From contig OY729426.1 of assembly GCA_963422365.1 (NCBI GenBank), positions 160,001-224,000 of the forward strand: 64,000 nucleotides of DNA, read 5' to 3'. The position numbers and the translations under genes were made by a program. Every line of letters begins with the position of its first letter. Position 1 is the stretch's first letter. A model generated the notes under the pieces. It saw only the letters and a program-made list of their open reading frames with translations. It ran no database searches and was not told where the DNA came from. Source of the DNA: Nitrospirales bacterium (GTDB lineage Bacteria > Nitrospirota > Nitrospiria > Nitrospirales > UBA8639). Below, in pieces: positions 63,183 to 64,000 of the stretch.

Positions 63183-63709
63183 TTAGTCCAGTGCCGGACG
63201 GCGAATAGAACCAATTTGCCGCTTGGAGGATAGAGGAAGTTCTAAGAGCTTTTTGAGATAGTCATACAGGACCGTAATCTCTTCATCGTGTTTTCCCACC
63301 ATGCGAGCAAGGGCCTTGTTAGTCACCAGCACTTCACGCATGCGGATAAATGTCCGAATTATCCCGATATTCACCGCTACCGCTCTTTCGCTATGTAACA
63401 CTCTTGAAAGCATGGCCACGCCAGGTTCTGTAAAGGCCAGCGGCGCTTTTCTGAGACTCATTTTCATGGATGAATTGGATGTCGCAATTTGCGATTTCCA
63501 ATTTTCCATCTTTTTTTGGATAATTGAAACATGCAGTCGCTTGGAAGCGATTGATATTTCGTTTGACCTGCTCATTCAGTCACCCCGTGGGCGCACCATA
63601 CAATGCAGCCAAATCACGGTCGAGCATCACCTTCTGGCGACGACAGAATATACATACGGCTTGCAATCTGCTCGACTGGAATAATGGATTGTAACACTTT
63701 CTTTGGCAT
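63183..63709 (-). pseudogene. ORF6N-domain DNA-binding protein pseudogene
   Basis: Across frames: QKVMLDRDLAALYG, LNEQVKRNINRF, KSQIATS..LRKAPLAFTEPGVAMLSRVLHSERAVAVNI; frameshifts and a stop. Confidence 0.8.
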
Positions 63710-63788
63710 GGACTGGGGCTGGAAGCGGTTCCCAAGTATCAAGCCAATCCCAGACCCTCTCAGGGGAGGAAGACTGACGTTTCGTCAC

Positions 63789-64000
63789 TCACGCCCCATG
63801 ACATTTTTTGTATTTTTTGCCGCTGCCACACGGACAGGGCTCGTTTCGGCCAACTTTTGCCTGAGCCCGTTGGACCGGCCGTGACACAGACTCACCGTCT
63901 CCACGGTTGAAGACCATTTGGGAGGGCAGAGCCGTTTCTTCTTCAATGGGAGGTCGTTCCCCTTTGACCACTTGGACTTTAAATAATCGCTCGAGTGAAT
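63789..64000 (-). CDS. secA: Preprotein translocase SecA, C-terminal end (partial)
   Basis: [34 protein letters not shown] motif at the C-terminus. Confidence 0.85.
   Translation of the reverse strand, partial: SLERLFKVQVVKGERPPIEEETALPSQMVFNRGDGESVSRPVQRAQAKVGRNEPCPCGSGKKYKKCHGA

Overview
Bacterial chromosomal window. Gene content and protein style suggest a Nitrospirales/Nitrospira-like organism (inference). 1-30.8 kb is mostly core and housekeeping: comF, mraZ, rusA-like, tRNA-Arg, miaB/mtaB, trkH, class II RNR nrdJ with a tandem NrdR-box promoter, tRNA-Glu, RNase P RNA, tRNA-Ile2, an rpoD-type sigma factor, Prx, csp and def. 30.8-43 kb is a heavily decayed defence region built on a type I-like R-M locus (HsdR plus fused HsdM-HsdS). 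Its most striking feature is that the 3' tail of the M-S gene (..EIEAEQ.LV.ANRELI.RFEKKIQ..IARVWG) occurs five times in the same orientation. Each copy is followed by different defence or toxin-antitoxin cargo (Panacea/DarG-C-like domain, DarTG, four-helix-bundle + GIY-YIG, AAA ATPase/DUF3226 + HTH-DUF4065, VapBC), like a stacked cassette array anchored in a coding sequence. 43.3-61.1 kb is a complete nuoA-N complex I operon on the minus strand. It is interrupted by two AT-rich insertions that carry attC-like sites (a type II R-M pair between nuoJ and nuoK, and a membrane protein between nuoB and nuoCD), although no integrase lies in the window. The window ends with a MidA/NDUFAF7-type methyltransferase, an ORF6N pseudogene and the 3' end of secA. 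All product names come from motif recognition, not database searches.
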